Shown: one piece after another, positions 27,520-36,294 of the stretch
How positions within the stretch are numbered: the first letter of the stretch is position 1
Layout: each line of letters opens with the position of its first letter
Translations under genes and position numbers: made by a program
NCBI GenBank assembly: GCA_964421635.1
Contig: CAYQWZ010000002.1
Span: 1,749 to 65,748 of the forward strand
DNA from: an uncultured Candidatus Saccharibacteria bacterium
GTDB taxonomy: Bacteria > Patescibacteriota > UBA1384 > CAILIB01 > JAUSJZ01
Direction: 5' to 3'
Length of the DNA: 64,000 bases
The notes under the pieces: generated by a model
Seen by the model: the letters and a program-made list of their open reading frames with translations, nothing else
Told to the model about the DNA's origin: nothing
The model's database searches: none

Positions 27520-28906
27520 TTTGCAGTAACTTAGTAATTTGGTCGGCGGCGTTATTTAGCGATTGCAGCTCATTTTGGCCTTTTACAGTGACATTGTTAA
27601 TCATATCTTTAATGATTACATCAAATTGATTGTGTTTGCGTTTGTAAACAGTTTTAGCAGTTAGAGCCTGATTTTTGACTTCATCCCCTGAATTCTCAAT
27701 TACAGAAATAAAAGGAGAAACACTGTCGTTGATGGCTTTGGTAAAGATTGTAGTATTAGATTTTTGGGTAATGGCCAAAGCATAGTTAGTGGTAACAGCA
27801 GGGTTGACAGTAGCCTTAGTCGTCAGTACTACATAATACTCAGCGTAGTTTACAGGGTCGGATTCTGCGTACTGTTGAGGCACGGCTACAACATCAAAAC
27901 TGACTCTTTTATTGTCTTGCTTGATCTCTTCTTCAAATTCAGGATAATCTATAATCATAGCCACTTGGCCAGCTTTGAAGGCCTCACGCGAATTAGCCAT
28001 TGAAGCGTTCCAAGAATATAACTCAGAAGAAGGATTAGAGAAACTCTTCAAGAATTTTAGCGTTTCTTCACCAGGTTTTAGCTGACTGCCATCGGGCAGA
28101 GTAATGAAGTTTTCAAATAATGAAACTCGATTTTTAGCGTCCGTGATTAATCCTCCTTGCTGCATAGTTAAAAGATGAAAAATATCGTCGGCGTGTTCAA
28201 CATTAGTGCTGTTGCCAAGCGCAATACCAGCAGTAGAAATGTTTTCACCATCACGCTGAGTAATTAATTTCACTGCTTCTTTCACATCTGCCCAAGTCGA
28301 TAGCTTATTACTTAAAATTCTTTTCACTTCAGCTTTTTGAGCGTCAGTAGCATCACGATTATTTTTTTGCCAAGTAGACAAAGCGGTAGCGAAGAGATTT
28401 CGATTTTTATACAAAACCAAAGTCTGTACGGGGCCAGGGGAGCCAATAGCGCTGCCATTAACTAATAGATCTTCTTGAACGAAGGGTAAGAATTTTGCGA
28501 AATACTCAGCCGTGTTTTTTGGCCCACCTGTCTCTTCTGACTTAATAAAATTAGCAGGAACCCAAATGGCTTTATCTTTATGGTCTTGAATCCAATCATT
28601 TGGCACTATCCAAATATCTGGTCGGTCGTCGGCAGCAATTTTATCAATAGATTTCTCTTCATAAACAGAGGAATCTATAATTTCCACTACTGCATTGATG
28701 GCTTTACTTGAATTAAATTGCCCACCTAAAGATTCAATTGTTTCAGTGCGTAGAGTATTTGGTGCCCAAATGACAATAGGGTCAGTGGTGGTTACTTCTT
28801 CGGCTTGTTGTCCGCATCCTACTGCAGACACACCCAACACTAAAACAGCCGAAACCATAAAGCTCGTCATTAAGAACTCTTTTATTGAAAACCCCTTCCT
28901 TTTCAT
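27509..28906 (-). CDS. ABC transporter substrate-binding lipoprotein (extracellular solute-binding family 1)
   Basis: Lipobox-like LGVSAVGCG and a family-1 SBP-like fold, about 460 aa. Confidence 0.65.
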   Translation of the reverse strand: MKRKGFSIKEFLMTSFMVSAVLVLGVSAVGCGQQAEEVTTTDPIVIWAPNTLRTETIESLGGQFNSSKAINAVVEIIDSSVYEEKSIDKIAADDRPDIWIVPNDWIQDHKDKAIWVPANFIKSEETGGPKNTAEYFAKFLPFVQEDLLVNGSAIGSPGPVQTLVLYKNRNLFATALSTWQKNNRDATDAQKAEVKRILSNKLSTWADVKEAVKLITQRDGENISTAGIALGNSTNVEHADDIFHLLTMQQGGLITDAKNRVSLFENFITLPDGSQLKPGEETLKFLKSFSNPSSELYSWNASMANSREAFKAGQVAMIIDYPEFEEEIKQDNKRVSFDVVAVPQQYAESDPVNYAEYYVVLTTKATVNPAVTTNYALAITQKSNTTIFTKAINDSVSPFISVIENSGDEVKNQALTAKTVYKRKHNQFDVIIKDMINNVTVKGQNELQSLNNAADQITKLLQSED

Positions 28907-28913
28907 AGGCTAC

Positions 28914-29807
28914 TTACAGTTTAAGTGATTTTAGGTATTTCTTAAAGTCTTTTCCAATTTCATCGTGCTCCATAGCAACCTCGACTGCCCCTTGCATATA
29001 TAGAAGCTTGTTTCCAATATCTATGCGGCGGCCCTTAATATGCGAAGTATAAACCTTTTTGCCATCTTTAATCATGGCTTTCAGGGCGTCGGCCAAAACA
29101 TACTCGCCGCCCGAGCCTTTTTTAGGGTCAAGCGCTTTTATGTATTTAAAAATAACAGGTTTAAATAAAAAGCCGGAAACGGAAGCGAGGCGAGATTCAG
29201 TTTTGTCAGGACCCGGTTTTTCAATAATTGAGGTGGCTCGGTATTGATCACCTTCAGGCACAGTTTCCACAATGGCATATTTTGCTGCTCCTTCATCATC
29301 GGTGTCTATAGTAGCTACGACTGCATCGGCATCTGTGGCTTCATAAATTTCAATCATTTGGGCTAAGAAAGATTTTTCTCCTTTTTTGGCTATTACTACA
29401 TCGTCTCCCCATTGAACGCAAAATGGTGCGGTGCCGACAATTGGTTCTGTTTGCCAAACAGCGTGAGCGTTGCCTAACTGTTCTTTTTGGCGGGTGTAGG
29501 TAAAGTGGGCTAAATCTGAGACTTTACGAATTTGCTCTAATAAATCTAACTTGCCAGCTTTTCGCAACTTGTCTTCCAGTTCGTAGTAATAATCAAAATG
29601 ATCTTCAATAGCTCCTTGGTTGGTTGAGGTGACAAAGACAACTTCTTTAATGCCGCTTTTAACTGCTTCTTCCACAATATGTTGAATGCCCGGTTTATCT
29701 ACTAGGGGCAACATAACTTTTGGCAGGGCTTTAGTGAAAGGCAACGACCTTGTGCCGTAACCGGCTACGGGAATGACTAATTTGGTGACTTTTTCAATTT
29801 TATTCAT
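28914..29807 (-). CDS. galU: UTP--glucose-1-phosphate uridylyltransferase paralog
   Basis: N-terminal PVAGYGTRSLPFTKALPKVMLPLVDKPGIQHIVEEA signature. Confidence 0.8.
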   Translation of the reverse strand: MNKIEKVTKLVIPVAGYGTRSLPFTKALPKVMLPLVDKPGIQHIVEEAVKSGIKEVVFVTSTNQGAIEDHFDYYYELEDKLRKAGKLDLLEQIRKVSDLAHFTYTRQKEQLGNAHAVWQTEPIVGTAPFCVQWGDDVVIAKKGEKSFLAQMIEIYEATDADAVVATIDTDDEGAAKYAIVETVPEGDQYRATSIIEKPGPDKTESRLASVSGFLFKPVIFKYIKALDPKKGSGGEYVLADALKAMIKDGKKVYTSHIKGRRIDIGNKLLYMQGAVEVAMEHDEIGKDFKKYLKSLKL

Positions 29808-29822
29808 ATTTTTATTCTACTC

Positions 29823-30725
29823 CTAAATTAGGTTGTTATCTTTAATATGTTTTTTTAAGCTGGGCCCAATTTCCGGATGAGCCAACGCTAGTTCGACGAA
29901 TCCTTTGGCGTATTCCGTTTTATTACCAATATCAATGGCTCGGCCAGCTACCCGCACGGTGTAAGCGTTGTATCCGTCGTCTATCATAGCCTTTATAGCG
30001 TCGGCCAAAACTAGCTCTCCGCCAGCGCTACCTTTAGGATTTAATTTAGCAATATAGTCAAAGACTTTTGGTGTTAGCAGATAACCGTTGGTAGAGGCGA
30101 TGCGACTTTTAGTTTTTTTTGGACCAGGTTTTTCGTTGATAGCTACTACTTTTTCTAATCCGTTTGGGGTAGGTTCAACTTCAAGGATGGCGTATTTATT
30201 TGTGCCCTCGTCGTCTGTCTCAATGCTGGCTAGTACAATGTCACAATTATCGGTGTTTAGGTAGGCGTCTTTTAATTGTTGCAAAAGTGGAGTAGAGCCA
30301 TTACTTAAAACTACGCCGTCTCCCCATTGTACGCAGAAAGGCTGATCTTTAACTAAGCGTTTGGTTAGGGCAACTGCGTGAGCATTGCCAAGCTGTTCTT
30401 TCTGACGAACATAAACAAACTCAGCCAAGTCAGACACTTTGCGAATTTCTTTTAAAATTTCTGTTTTGCCTGCTGCTTTTAATTTCTCTTCGAGTTCAAA
30501 GTAGTTATCGAAGTGATCTTCTATGGAGTGTTGATTGGAGCTGGTGACAAAGATGACCTGTTTAATGCCGCTTTTTACTGCTTCTTCCACAATGTATTGA
30601 ATGCCTGGTTTATCGACTAGAGGCAACATTACTTTTGGCAAAGCTTTGGTAAAAGGAAGAGCGCGGGTGCCGTAGCCAGCAACCGGAATTACCACTGTAT
30701 CAATAGATAATCTTTTCTTCATCAA
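29823..30725 (-). CDS. galU: UTP--glucose-1-phosphate uridylyltransferase
   Basis: PVAGYGTRALPFTKALPKVMLPLVDKPGIQYIVEEA; tandem paralog of the previous gene. Confidence 0.85.
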   Translation of the reverse strand: MMKKRLSIDTVVIPVAGYGTRALPFTKALPKVMLPLVDKPGIQYIVEEAVKSGIKQVIFVTSSNQHSIEDHFDNYFELEEKLKAAGKTEILKEIRKVSDLAEFVYVRQKEQLGNAHAVALTKRLVKDQPFCVQWGDGVVLSNGSTPLLQQLKDAYLNTDNCDIVLASIETDDEGTNKYAILEVEPTPNGLEKVVAINEKPGPKKTKSRIASTNGYLLTPKVFDYIAKLNPKGSAGGELVLADAIKAMIDDGYNAYTVRVAGRAIDIGNKTEYAKGFVELALAHPEIGPSLKKHIKDNNLI

Positions 30726-30784
30726 CTATTCAGTATAACTAAAAAAAGCCCTGTTGGGCCTGTGAATATAAAGATTAAGGTTAA

Positions 30785-31222
30785 TTATTCGTCAGAATCA
30801 ATTTCTAACTTGTGCGATTTGGCTGTTTCAGATTTTGGAATCCTTACTGTTAAAAGACCATTTTTTAGGGCTGCTTTGGCTTTTTTAGAATCAACGGGGA
30901 AGGGAAGCTCAACTGTACGCGAGAAAGATCCCCAGTAGCATTCTTGCATGTAAAATCCGTCGGCGTCGAGTTGGTGAGAGTCTTCACGATTGCCTCGGAT
31001 TGTTACCTGACTGTCTGTGATCTGAATGTCTAATCCTCCTTTTTCTACTCCAGCCACGGGCGCTTTAATTACCAGTTCGTCGTTCGTTTCGTAAGCATCC
31101 AAAGCTAGCTGACCCTCAAAATCACCCATCCAATCGTCTTGAGCTATCTCTTCGACGGGTGCTGGCTGAGCAGTGTCAACTTCATCATTATTACGTCTAC
31201 TAGAAAACCATCGTGCTGTCAT
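30785..31222 (-). CDS. Hsp20/alpha-crystallin family small heat-shock protein
   Basis: Alpha-crystallin domain pattern (GLLTVRIPK C-terminal motif). Confidence 0.8.
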   Translation of the reverse strand: MTARWFSSRRNNDEVDTAQPAPVEEIAQDDWMGDFEGQLALDAYETNDELVIKAPVAGVEKGGLDIQITDSQVTIRGNREDSHQLDADGFYMQECYWGSFSRTVELPFPVDSKKAKAALKNGLLTVRIPKSETAKSHKLEIDSDE

Positions 31223-31881
31223 CTAATTCATTATCCAACTCGGACTTGTCTATCGTCAAGAAGATTACTCTTTGCACCATCGGGTTTAGCAGGGCAGCAT
31301 TAACATTCGTCTTAAATCAACTTTTTCCGCAAAATGTGGTTGAGCAAATTTGGTGTTGGCAAAAGATGGATCATCCGTTGTTACCTAGCGTGAAGGTTTG
31401 GTTTTTAGATTTCTATAAAGGAGAAATGAAGGATTTGTTAGCTAAAGCCAAGTTTGGTGGAGAATTTTCGTTGTTTGAACAAATGATTCCTAAAGATTTG
31501 CCCCTAGAATCGGCTGTTTTAGTACCTGTGCCGCAAGGTCGTTGGCGCTTTGCTAATAGAGGATTCAACCAATCTGAAATCATTGCCCAAACTTTAGCCT
31601 TGCGCCATAATTTGAAAGTTAGTAATTGTTTAAAAGATCTCTCTGGGCGCGAGGCGATGCATTTTAAAAGTCGGCAAGGGCGTTTAGCTAGGGGAAAGAA
31701 AATTATGGTTAATCGTCGTCTGGTCAGTGTACTCAAAACGAGACAGGTAGTTTTAGTAGATGACATTTTGACTACCGGTGCAACGGTCAAAGCTTGTGTG
31801 GATGCTTTAGCAGATAGCGGAATCACCGTCCAAGTGATAGTCGTTCTTGCTTATACCAAAAGAAAAAGGACAACGGTTTGA
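31213..31881 (+). CDS. ComF-family phosphoribosyltransferase-domain protein (N-terminal zinc ribbon apparently absent)
   Basis: C-terminal PRTase motif VVLVDDILTTGATV. Start uncertain. Confidence 0.5.
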   Translation: MLSSNSLSNSDLSIVKKITLCTIGFSRAALTFVLNQLFPQNVVEQIWCWQKMDHPLLPSVKVWFLDFYKGEMKDLLAKAKFGGEFSLFEQMIPKDLPLESAVLVPVPQGRWRFANRGFNQSEIIAQTLALRHNLKVSNCLKDLSGREAMHFKSRQGRLARGKKIMVNRRLVSVLKTRQVVLVDDILTTGATVKACVDALADSGITVQVIVVLAYTKRKRTTV

Positions 31882-31909
31882 CCGTGACGAAAAAACAAAT
31901 ATTAAATAA

Positions 31910-33034
31910 TTAGCGTGGTGCGTGGTATCCGCCAGGTATGCCGTTTTTTGTTAGAACGATTTGGTAAAGATCAACATTGCGAACGCGGAAAGACCCGGCA
32001 CAAGTAAGTAGATACAGGCGCCACATACGATAGAAAGTATCATTGTACTTTTCTTTAAGTTGAGGCCAAGCTGCTTCAAAATTTTTCCACCATTCCATTA
32101 GAGTCAAATCATAGTCAGCTCCGAAGTTTTGAACATCCTCAATAACAAAGTATTTATTACCGGCTTTGGTTATCTCGCTAAGAGAAGGGAGCATCGAGTT
32201 AGGAAAAATGTATTTATGTTGCCAGTCGTTATGGCCAGTTCCGTTATGTCGCCCAATTGTGTGAAGCAACAAAACGCCATCATCTTTCAAATGTTTGGCG
32301 GCTATCTTCATAAACAGTGCGTAGTTTGGTTCGTTAACATGCTCAAACATGCCGATGCTAACAATATGGTCAAACGGTTTTTCATTAAGGTCGCGATAAT
32401 CCATAAGTTTGTTGGTAACGGGCAGACCCTTACAGCGTTCGTCAGCTAGTTTAATTTGTTCTTTTGAGACGGTGATATTAGTTACATGAGCACCATATTT
32501 TTCAGCTGCGAACTTAGCAAAACTTCCCCAACCACCACCAATATCTAAAACCCGTTGTCCCTTTTTCAAATTAATTTTTCGGCAGATTAGATCTAATTTT
32601 ACCTCTTGAGCTTCATCTAAATTCATGGCATCTTTCCAGTAACCGCAGGTGTAAACCATACGTTTATCAAGCATGGCTTCGTATAGATCGTTTCCTATGT
32701 CGTAATGGTGATGACCTATAACGAAAGCATTTTTCTTGCGGCCGTAAACAAATCGAGTTTTGATTCCAGACCAGAGCAATCCTTTATTATTGAGAACTTT
32801 TTCATTTATTTTATTACGGATAATGCGTTCAATGAGCTGATCAATTCGTTTACAATCCCAATCACCACGCATATAAGATTCACCCAGAGCTAATTCTTTA
32901 CCAGTTAAAATTGCGTTAATAGCTGATTTTTCGTCGTTTACACGAATGTCAAAAGGTCGCTTGCCGTCTAATTGAATATCCGCCTTGGCTAGTAGATTTT
33001 TTATCTGATTGTATCCTTCGCTATGTTGAGCCAT
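31910..33034 (-). CDS. Cyclopropane-fatty-acyl-phospholipid synthase family SAM-dependent methyltransferase
   Basis: VLDIGGGWGSFAKFAAEKYGAHVTNIT SAM motif and the CFA-synthase C-terminal region. Confidence 0.85.
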   Translation of the reverse strand: MAQHSEGYNQIKNLLAKADIQLDGKRPFDIRVNDEKSAINAILTGKELALGESYMRGDWDCKRIDQLIERIIRNKINEKVLNNKGLLWSGIKTRFVYGRKKNAFVIGHHHYDIGNDLYEAMLDKRMVYTCGYWKDAMNLDEAQEVKLDLICRKINLKKGQRVLDIGGGWGSFAKFAAEKYGAHVTNITVSKEQIKLADERCKGLPVTNKLMDYRDLNEKPFDHIVSIGMFEHVNEPNYALFMKIAAKHLKDDGVLLLHTIGRHNGTGHNDWQHKYIFPNSMLPSLSEITKAGNKYFVIEDVQNFGADYDLTLMEWWKNFEAAWPQLKEKYNDTFYRMWRLYLLTCAGSFRVRNVDLYQIVLTKNGIPGGYHAPR

Positions 33035-33186
33035 GGTGTTTTTTTACAGCAGCTGGGGAGTAATCCTTTAGCGACTGTCTAAGCTTTATTCTAACTGGTT
33101 AGGATTTTGGGAGCAAATGGGTCCTTAATGAAATTATAGGATTATAAGAGTACTATTTCGACGGTAATAATCGACTCCAAAACAGG

Positions 33187-33215
33187 TTGACAAACCTGTT
33201 ATATCCTGCTATGTT
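33187..33215 (+). promoter_or_regulatory. Promoter-like TTGACA-17nt-TATGTT overlapped by the inverted repeat AACAGGTT...AACCTGTT, upstream of the DGR target gene
   Basis: Seen directly. The palindrome arms lie at 33181-33188 and 33193-33200. Confidence 0.45.
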
Positions 33216-33290
33216 AGTCACGATCTAAAAGGATCCATCCATGTCAGCTAGGAATAGGCCTACGCTCACATGTATGCAGGAGTGAACAAA

Positions 33291-34277
33291 ATGCAACGGG
33301 AACCAATGTCGGAAGGCGACTTGGCAGACGCCAAGCGCATACTGACTCAACCCCTGGAAGGCGTCAGCCACGAGGGGTGGCAGTTGCTCAAGACGCGGCT
33401 CAGTGGTGTCATGCAGCAGATCGGCGACATCGGCCGCGCGGTGGAGCAGGAGCTGAAGATCCAGCAACTGCTGGGTAAGTCCGTCCTGCCCCTGACCGCA
33501 CTGCCCGAGGGCGGTTACTGTCGGGCCAACACGTCGTTGGTCTACGACTTGACCAACCGGCTGAGCCTTGACGAGCGGTTCGACCTGCTGGCGGTGCTGA
33601 TGGGCAATTTCGGCATCGACCGCTCCCAGCTCGATCTGGGCGTCGCGCCCGAGGGCGAATCCGGCTGGACGACCATGCTGACGGTTAACCCCGTCAACCT
33701 GGCCACGAAGCTGGGTCTCTCGGTCGTCCTGTCCGGCCTCGACAACGCCAAGAAGGTCGCTGCGGCCGCTACGGCGTACTGCCAGATGGTTGGGCCACTG
33801 GTGCAGAATCTGCCCAAGGCTCGGCCGACGGTCAGCGACTGGCTGCAGGGCCGGCTGGAGAGCGACTACATACTGCTTGAGCCGACCGCTGGTCAGCGCT
33901 GGCAGAACGTGGCCGTGCAGGAGCCGAACCGACCGCTCGTGGTGCGCCAGATGCGGTGCAATCCTGCGACCTGGTTTGCCAACGAGAGTGCGATCTACTC
34001 CCTGTCGCCGGACAACGTCTGTCACTTCACGGCGACCGATGTACAAATCGGCGACCTAGTGAATTTCGCCTGTCTGGCGGTCACCGAACCCTGGGTCTGC
34101 CAGGGCATCGCTGCGGGCACAGCGCCCCGGATCGACATTTCCGGGTGCCGCGTGTTCGACGATGACGGGTGGTCGGACTCGCCGTACTGCTGCCAGGGCG
34201 ACGATGGGGCATGGCTCAACTGCCATTGGGCTGACGATGCCAACGGCGACTACGGTTCGTTGCTCCTCCGGGAGTAA
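33291..34277 (+). CDS. DGR target (variable) protein. GC-rich (~62%), no signal peptide, with a Cys-rich variable region at its C-terminus.
   Basis: ORF 33270..34277, with the ATG at 33291 preceded by AGGAG. The last 40 codons coincide with VR. The opposite-strand ORF 33225..34046 is a shadow. Confidence 0.75.
   Translation: MQREPMSEGDLADAKRILTQPLEGVSHEGWQLLKTRLSGVMQQIGDIGRAVEQELKIQQLLGKSVLPLTALPEGGYCRANTSLVYDLTNRLSLDERFDLLAVLMGNFGIDRSQLDLGVAPEGESGWTTMLTVNPVNLATKLGLSVVLSGLDNAKKVAAAATAYCQMVGPLVQNLPKARPTVSDWLQGRLESDYILLEPTAGQRWQNVAVQEPNRPLVVRQMRCNPATWFANESAIYSLSPDNVCHFTATDVQIGDLVNFACLAVTEPWVCQGIAAGTAPRIDISGCRVFDDDGWSDSPYCCQGDDGAWLNCHWADDANGDYGSLLLRE
34152..34271 (+). repeat. DGR variable repeat (VR) at the 3' end of the target gene
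   Basis: A ~120-nt near-copy of TR (34628-34747). All ~17 mismatches fall where TR has A (A to G mostly, also A to T and A to C). Confidence 0.85.
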
Positions 34278-34304
34278 CTTCGGTCTTCGGAACTCGAACC
34301 CTTG

Positions 34305-34318
34305 GTCCGCTCGGACCT
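34305..34318 (+). promoter_or_regulatory. GC-rich hairpin GGTCCGCTCGGACC ~30 nt downstream of VR. A candidate DGR target-recognition hairpin, absent downstream of TR.
   Basis: Seen: a 5-6 bp GC stem with a 4-nt loop in the GC-rich segment right after VR. Confidence 0.4.
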
Positions 34319-34627
34319 TGGAAACTGGACTCGCGGTCGTGCTGACGAAAGTCGGCGCGGCCGCGTTTTACATTTAGCATGTAGCGCTCGACTTGGTTCT
34401 TGAAACAAGTTACAATTAATCTTGATATTAGGTCAGTGAGCGGCAATTTAAGGATTTCCGTCACCGAAATCACGCTTCTGCCATTCAGCAGAGTTGAATC
34501 ATCTACGGATGTTTCAAGCGTCAAGGCAGTAAGGGTACTCCGTACTCAATCCAAGAATAACGCAAAATAAATAGACAGGTAGTAGATAGTACTTTGCTAC
34601 CAGTGACATAGATAGGGTTGGGTGCAA

Positions 34628-34747
34628 GTGTTCAACGATGACAAATGGTCAAACTCGCCATACTGCAACCAGAACGACGATGAGGCATGGCTCAACAACA
34701 ATTGGGCTGACAATGCCAACGACAACTACGGTTCGTTGCTCCTCCGG
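34628..34747 (+). repeat. DGR template repeat (TR), non-coding and Asn-codon-rich (translates to VFNDDKWSNSPYCNQNDDEAWLNNNWADNANDNYGSLLLR)
   Basis: Matches VR except at A positions. 10 of the 12 variable codons are AAC/AAT in TR. Followed by a stop and no ORF. Confidence 0.85.
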
Positions 34748-34754
34748 TAGTACC

Positions 34755-35123
34755 TTAGCTCAAACTTCGTATCCATCCTCCAAGCATCTTGCCGATCTCC
34801 TGCAATTGCTCCTGGAGGGTGAGATACTTAGTCATATTTAAACATTTTGTTTCGTAAGCTAAACGAACTAACAGCTTAAGCAGGTCAAGTTTGGCGCTTA
34901 GTGGTAAGAGTTGTTGTTTGCGCAAACCTTTTGGTAGACTATTAGTCAACAACAATCCTTTGAGCAAGCCTAAAGTTGTAGTCTGTAGTCTCTCACCTAG
35001 TGAATAACGTTCAACTTTCGGAAAAAGATGAATCCACAAATGCAACTGCCGATAGAAATCGAACAACTTCCCGACAATAGGAATGGGGGTAAAGCTGTCG
35101 GGGGGGGTATTCTTGGTAGTCAT
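34755..35123 (-). CDS. Avd-like accessory variability determinant (four-helix-bundle / 23S rRNA IVS protein family)
   Basis: LFPKVERYSLGERLQ...LSAKLDLLKLLVRLAYETKCLN...LQEIGKMLGGWIRSL matches the four-helix-bundle (TIGR02436-like) pattern to which Avd belongs. Opposite strand to TR and RT; its 5' end overlaps the RT2 start region. Confidence 0.6.
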   Translation of the reverse strand: MTTKNTPPDSFTPIPIVGKLFDFYRQLHLWIHLFPKVERYSLGERLQTTTLGLLKGLLLTNSLPKGLRKQQLLPLSAKLDLLKLLVRLAYETKCLNMTKYLTLQEQLQEIGKMLGGWIRSLS

Positions 35124-36170
35124 TTTAATATCAGTTTTGAGCGAGTTATTTCTTTAGAGAATTTGATTACAGCTTGGTATGAATTTCGTCGTGGCAAGAG
35201 CAAAAGAATCGACGTTCAACAATTTGCCAACAATCTAGAAGATAACATATTTGCCCTACATAACCAACTTAAAAATGGTTTGTATAAACACGATCATTAC
35301 AGTCAATTTAATATTAACGACCCCAAACCTCGTCTGATCAGCAAAGCTACTGTTAAAGACCGTTTGGTTTACCACGCCCTTTACAGGGCGCTTTATCCTT
35401 TATTCGACAAGACATTTATTTACGATTCGTATTCCTGTCGCAAGAACAAAGGAACGCATAAGGCTTTTCAACGTTTAAGAAAATTAATTTTGTCTTGCAG
35501 TCAGAACTACACCCAACCGTGCTTTGCACTCAAATGTGACATTTATCGCTTCTTTGATTCGATTGATCACAATACTTTGCTTAGTCTAATTGCTAAAAAA
35601 GTACATGACTCGAAACTACTGTTACTTATCAAAAACATCATTGATAGTTTCGAAACTTCTTCTAGTAAAGGTATGCCAATTGGCAATCTTACTTCCCAAC
35701 TCTTCGCTAACATTTATATGGATCCACTAGATAAGTTTATTAAACACAGATTAAAAGCCAAGCATTATCTTCGCTATGCCGATGACTTCTTGTTATTATC
35801 TAACTCACCAACAGTTCTTCATGGTTATCTCAAAGAGATCAACGCTTTTGTGCAAGATAGGCTGAAACTCAAGTTGCATCCTCATAAAATTAGTCTACGA
35901 AAACTGTCTTGGGGAATTGATTTTGTTGGTTATGTGGCTTTGCCTTATCAAACTAAGCCTAGAAACAAGACTGTTAAAAGAATATTTAAGAAGATTGAAG
36001 ATAATATTTACCACGAAAATATTGACGCGACGTTTAATTCTTATTTGGGTTATTTACAACATGCTGATTCAGAAGATCTGCAATTAGCACTTTTAGACCG
36101 CTGGAAATCGGTATCCCACACCGGTTATGGTAATAGATTATTGACTGACCATCGACCTTTTTACAGATAG
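35028..36170 (+). CDS. Reverse transcriptase, DGR-type (RT2)
   Basis: Motifs FIYDSYSCRKNKGTHKA, MPIGNLTSQLFANIYMD ([I/L]GxxxSQ) and YADDF. Adjacent TR/VR pair. Confidence 0.85.
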   Translation: MNPQMQLPIEIEQLPDNRNGGKAVGGGILGSHFNISFERVISLENLITAWYEFRRGKSKRIDVQQFANNLEDNIFALHNQLKNGLYKHDHYSQFNINDPKPRLISKATVKDRLVYHALYRALYPLFDKTFIYDSYSCRKNKGTHKAFQRLRKLILSCSQNYTQPCFALKCDIYRFFDSIDHNTLLSLIAKKVHDSKLLLLIKNIIDSFETSSSKGMPIGNLTSQLFANIYMDPLDKFIKHRLKAKHYLRYADDFLLLSNSPTVLHGYLKEINAFVQDRLKLKLHPHKISLRKLSWGIDFVGYVALPYQTKPRNKTVKRIFKKIEDNIYHENIDATFNSYLGYLQHADSEDLQLALLDRWKSVSHTGYGNRLLTDHRPFYR

Positions 36171-36294
36171 ACTTTGTCGTGCACAAACATTTACTCCAGA
36201 GAAGAAAGCTGGACGATTATATAATGTAAAATGACCGTCTGAACATTGCATATTACTGTGCTACTAGACGGGTCATTTGTTTTTTCCAAATTAT

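Noticed and set aside
33225-34243. ORFs 33225..34046(-), 33542..33817(-), 33790..34059(+), 33956..34165(+) and 34022..34243(-)
   Set aside because: All are alternative-frame or antisense shadows within the ~62% GC DGR target gene. Only the 33291..34277 frame has an RBS and ends exactly with the VR.
34162-34841. ORFs 34162..34377, 34638..34841 and 34216..34524
   Set aside because: The first two are out-of-frame translations of VR and TR respectively, which is why they look alike. TR is non-coding in the DGR model. 34216..34524(-) spans the VR-TR spacer antisense with no support.
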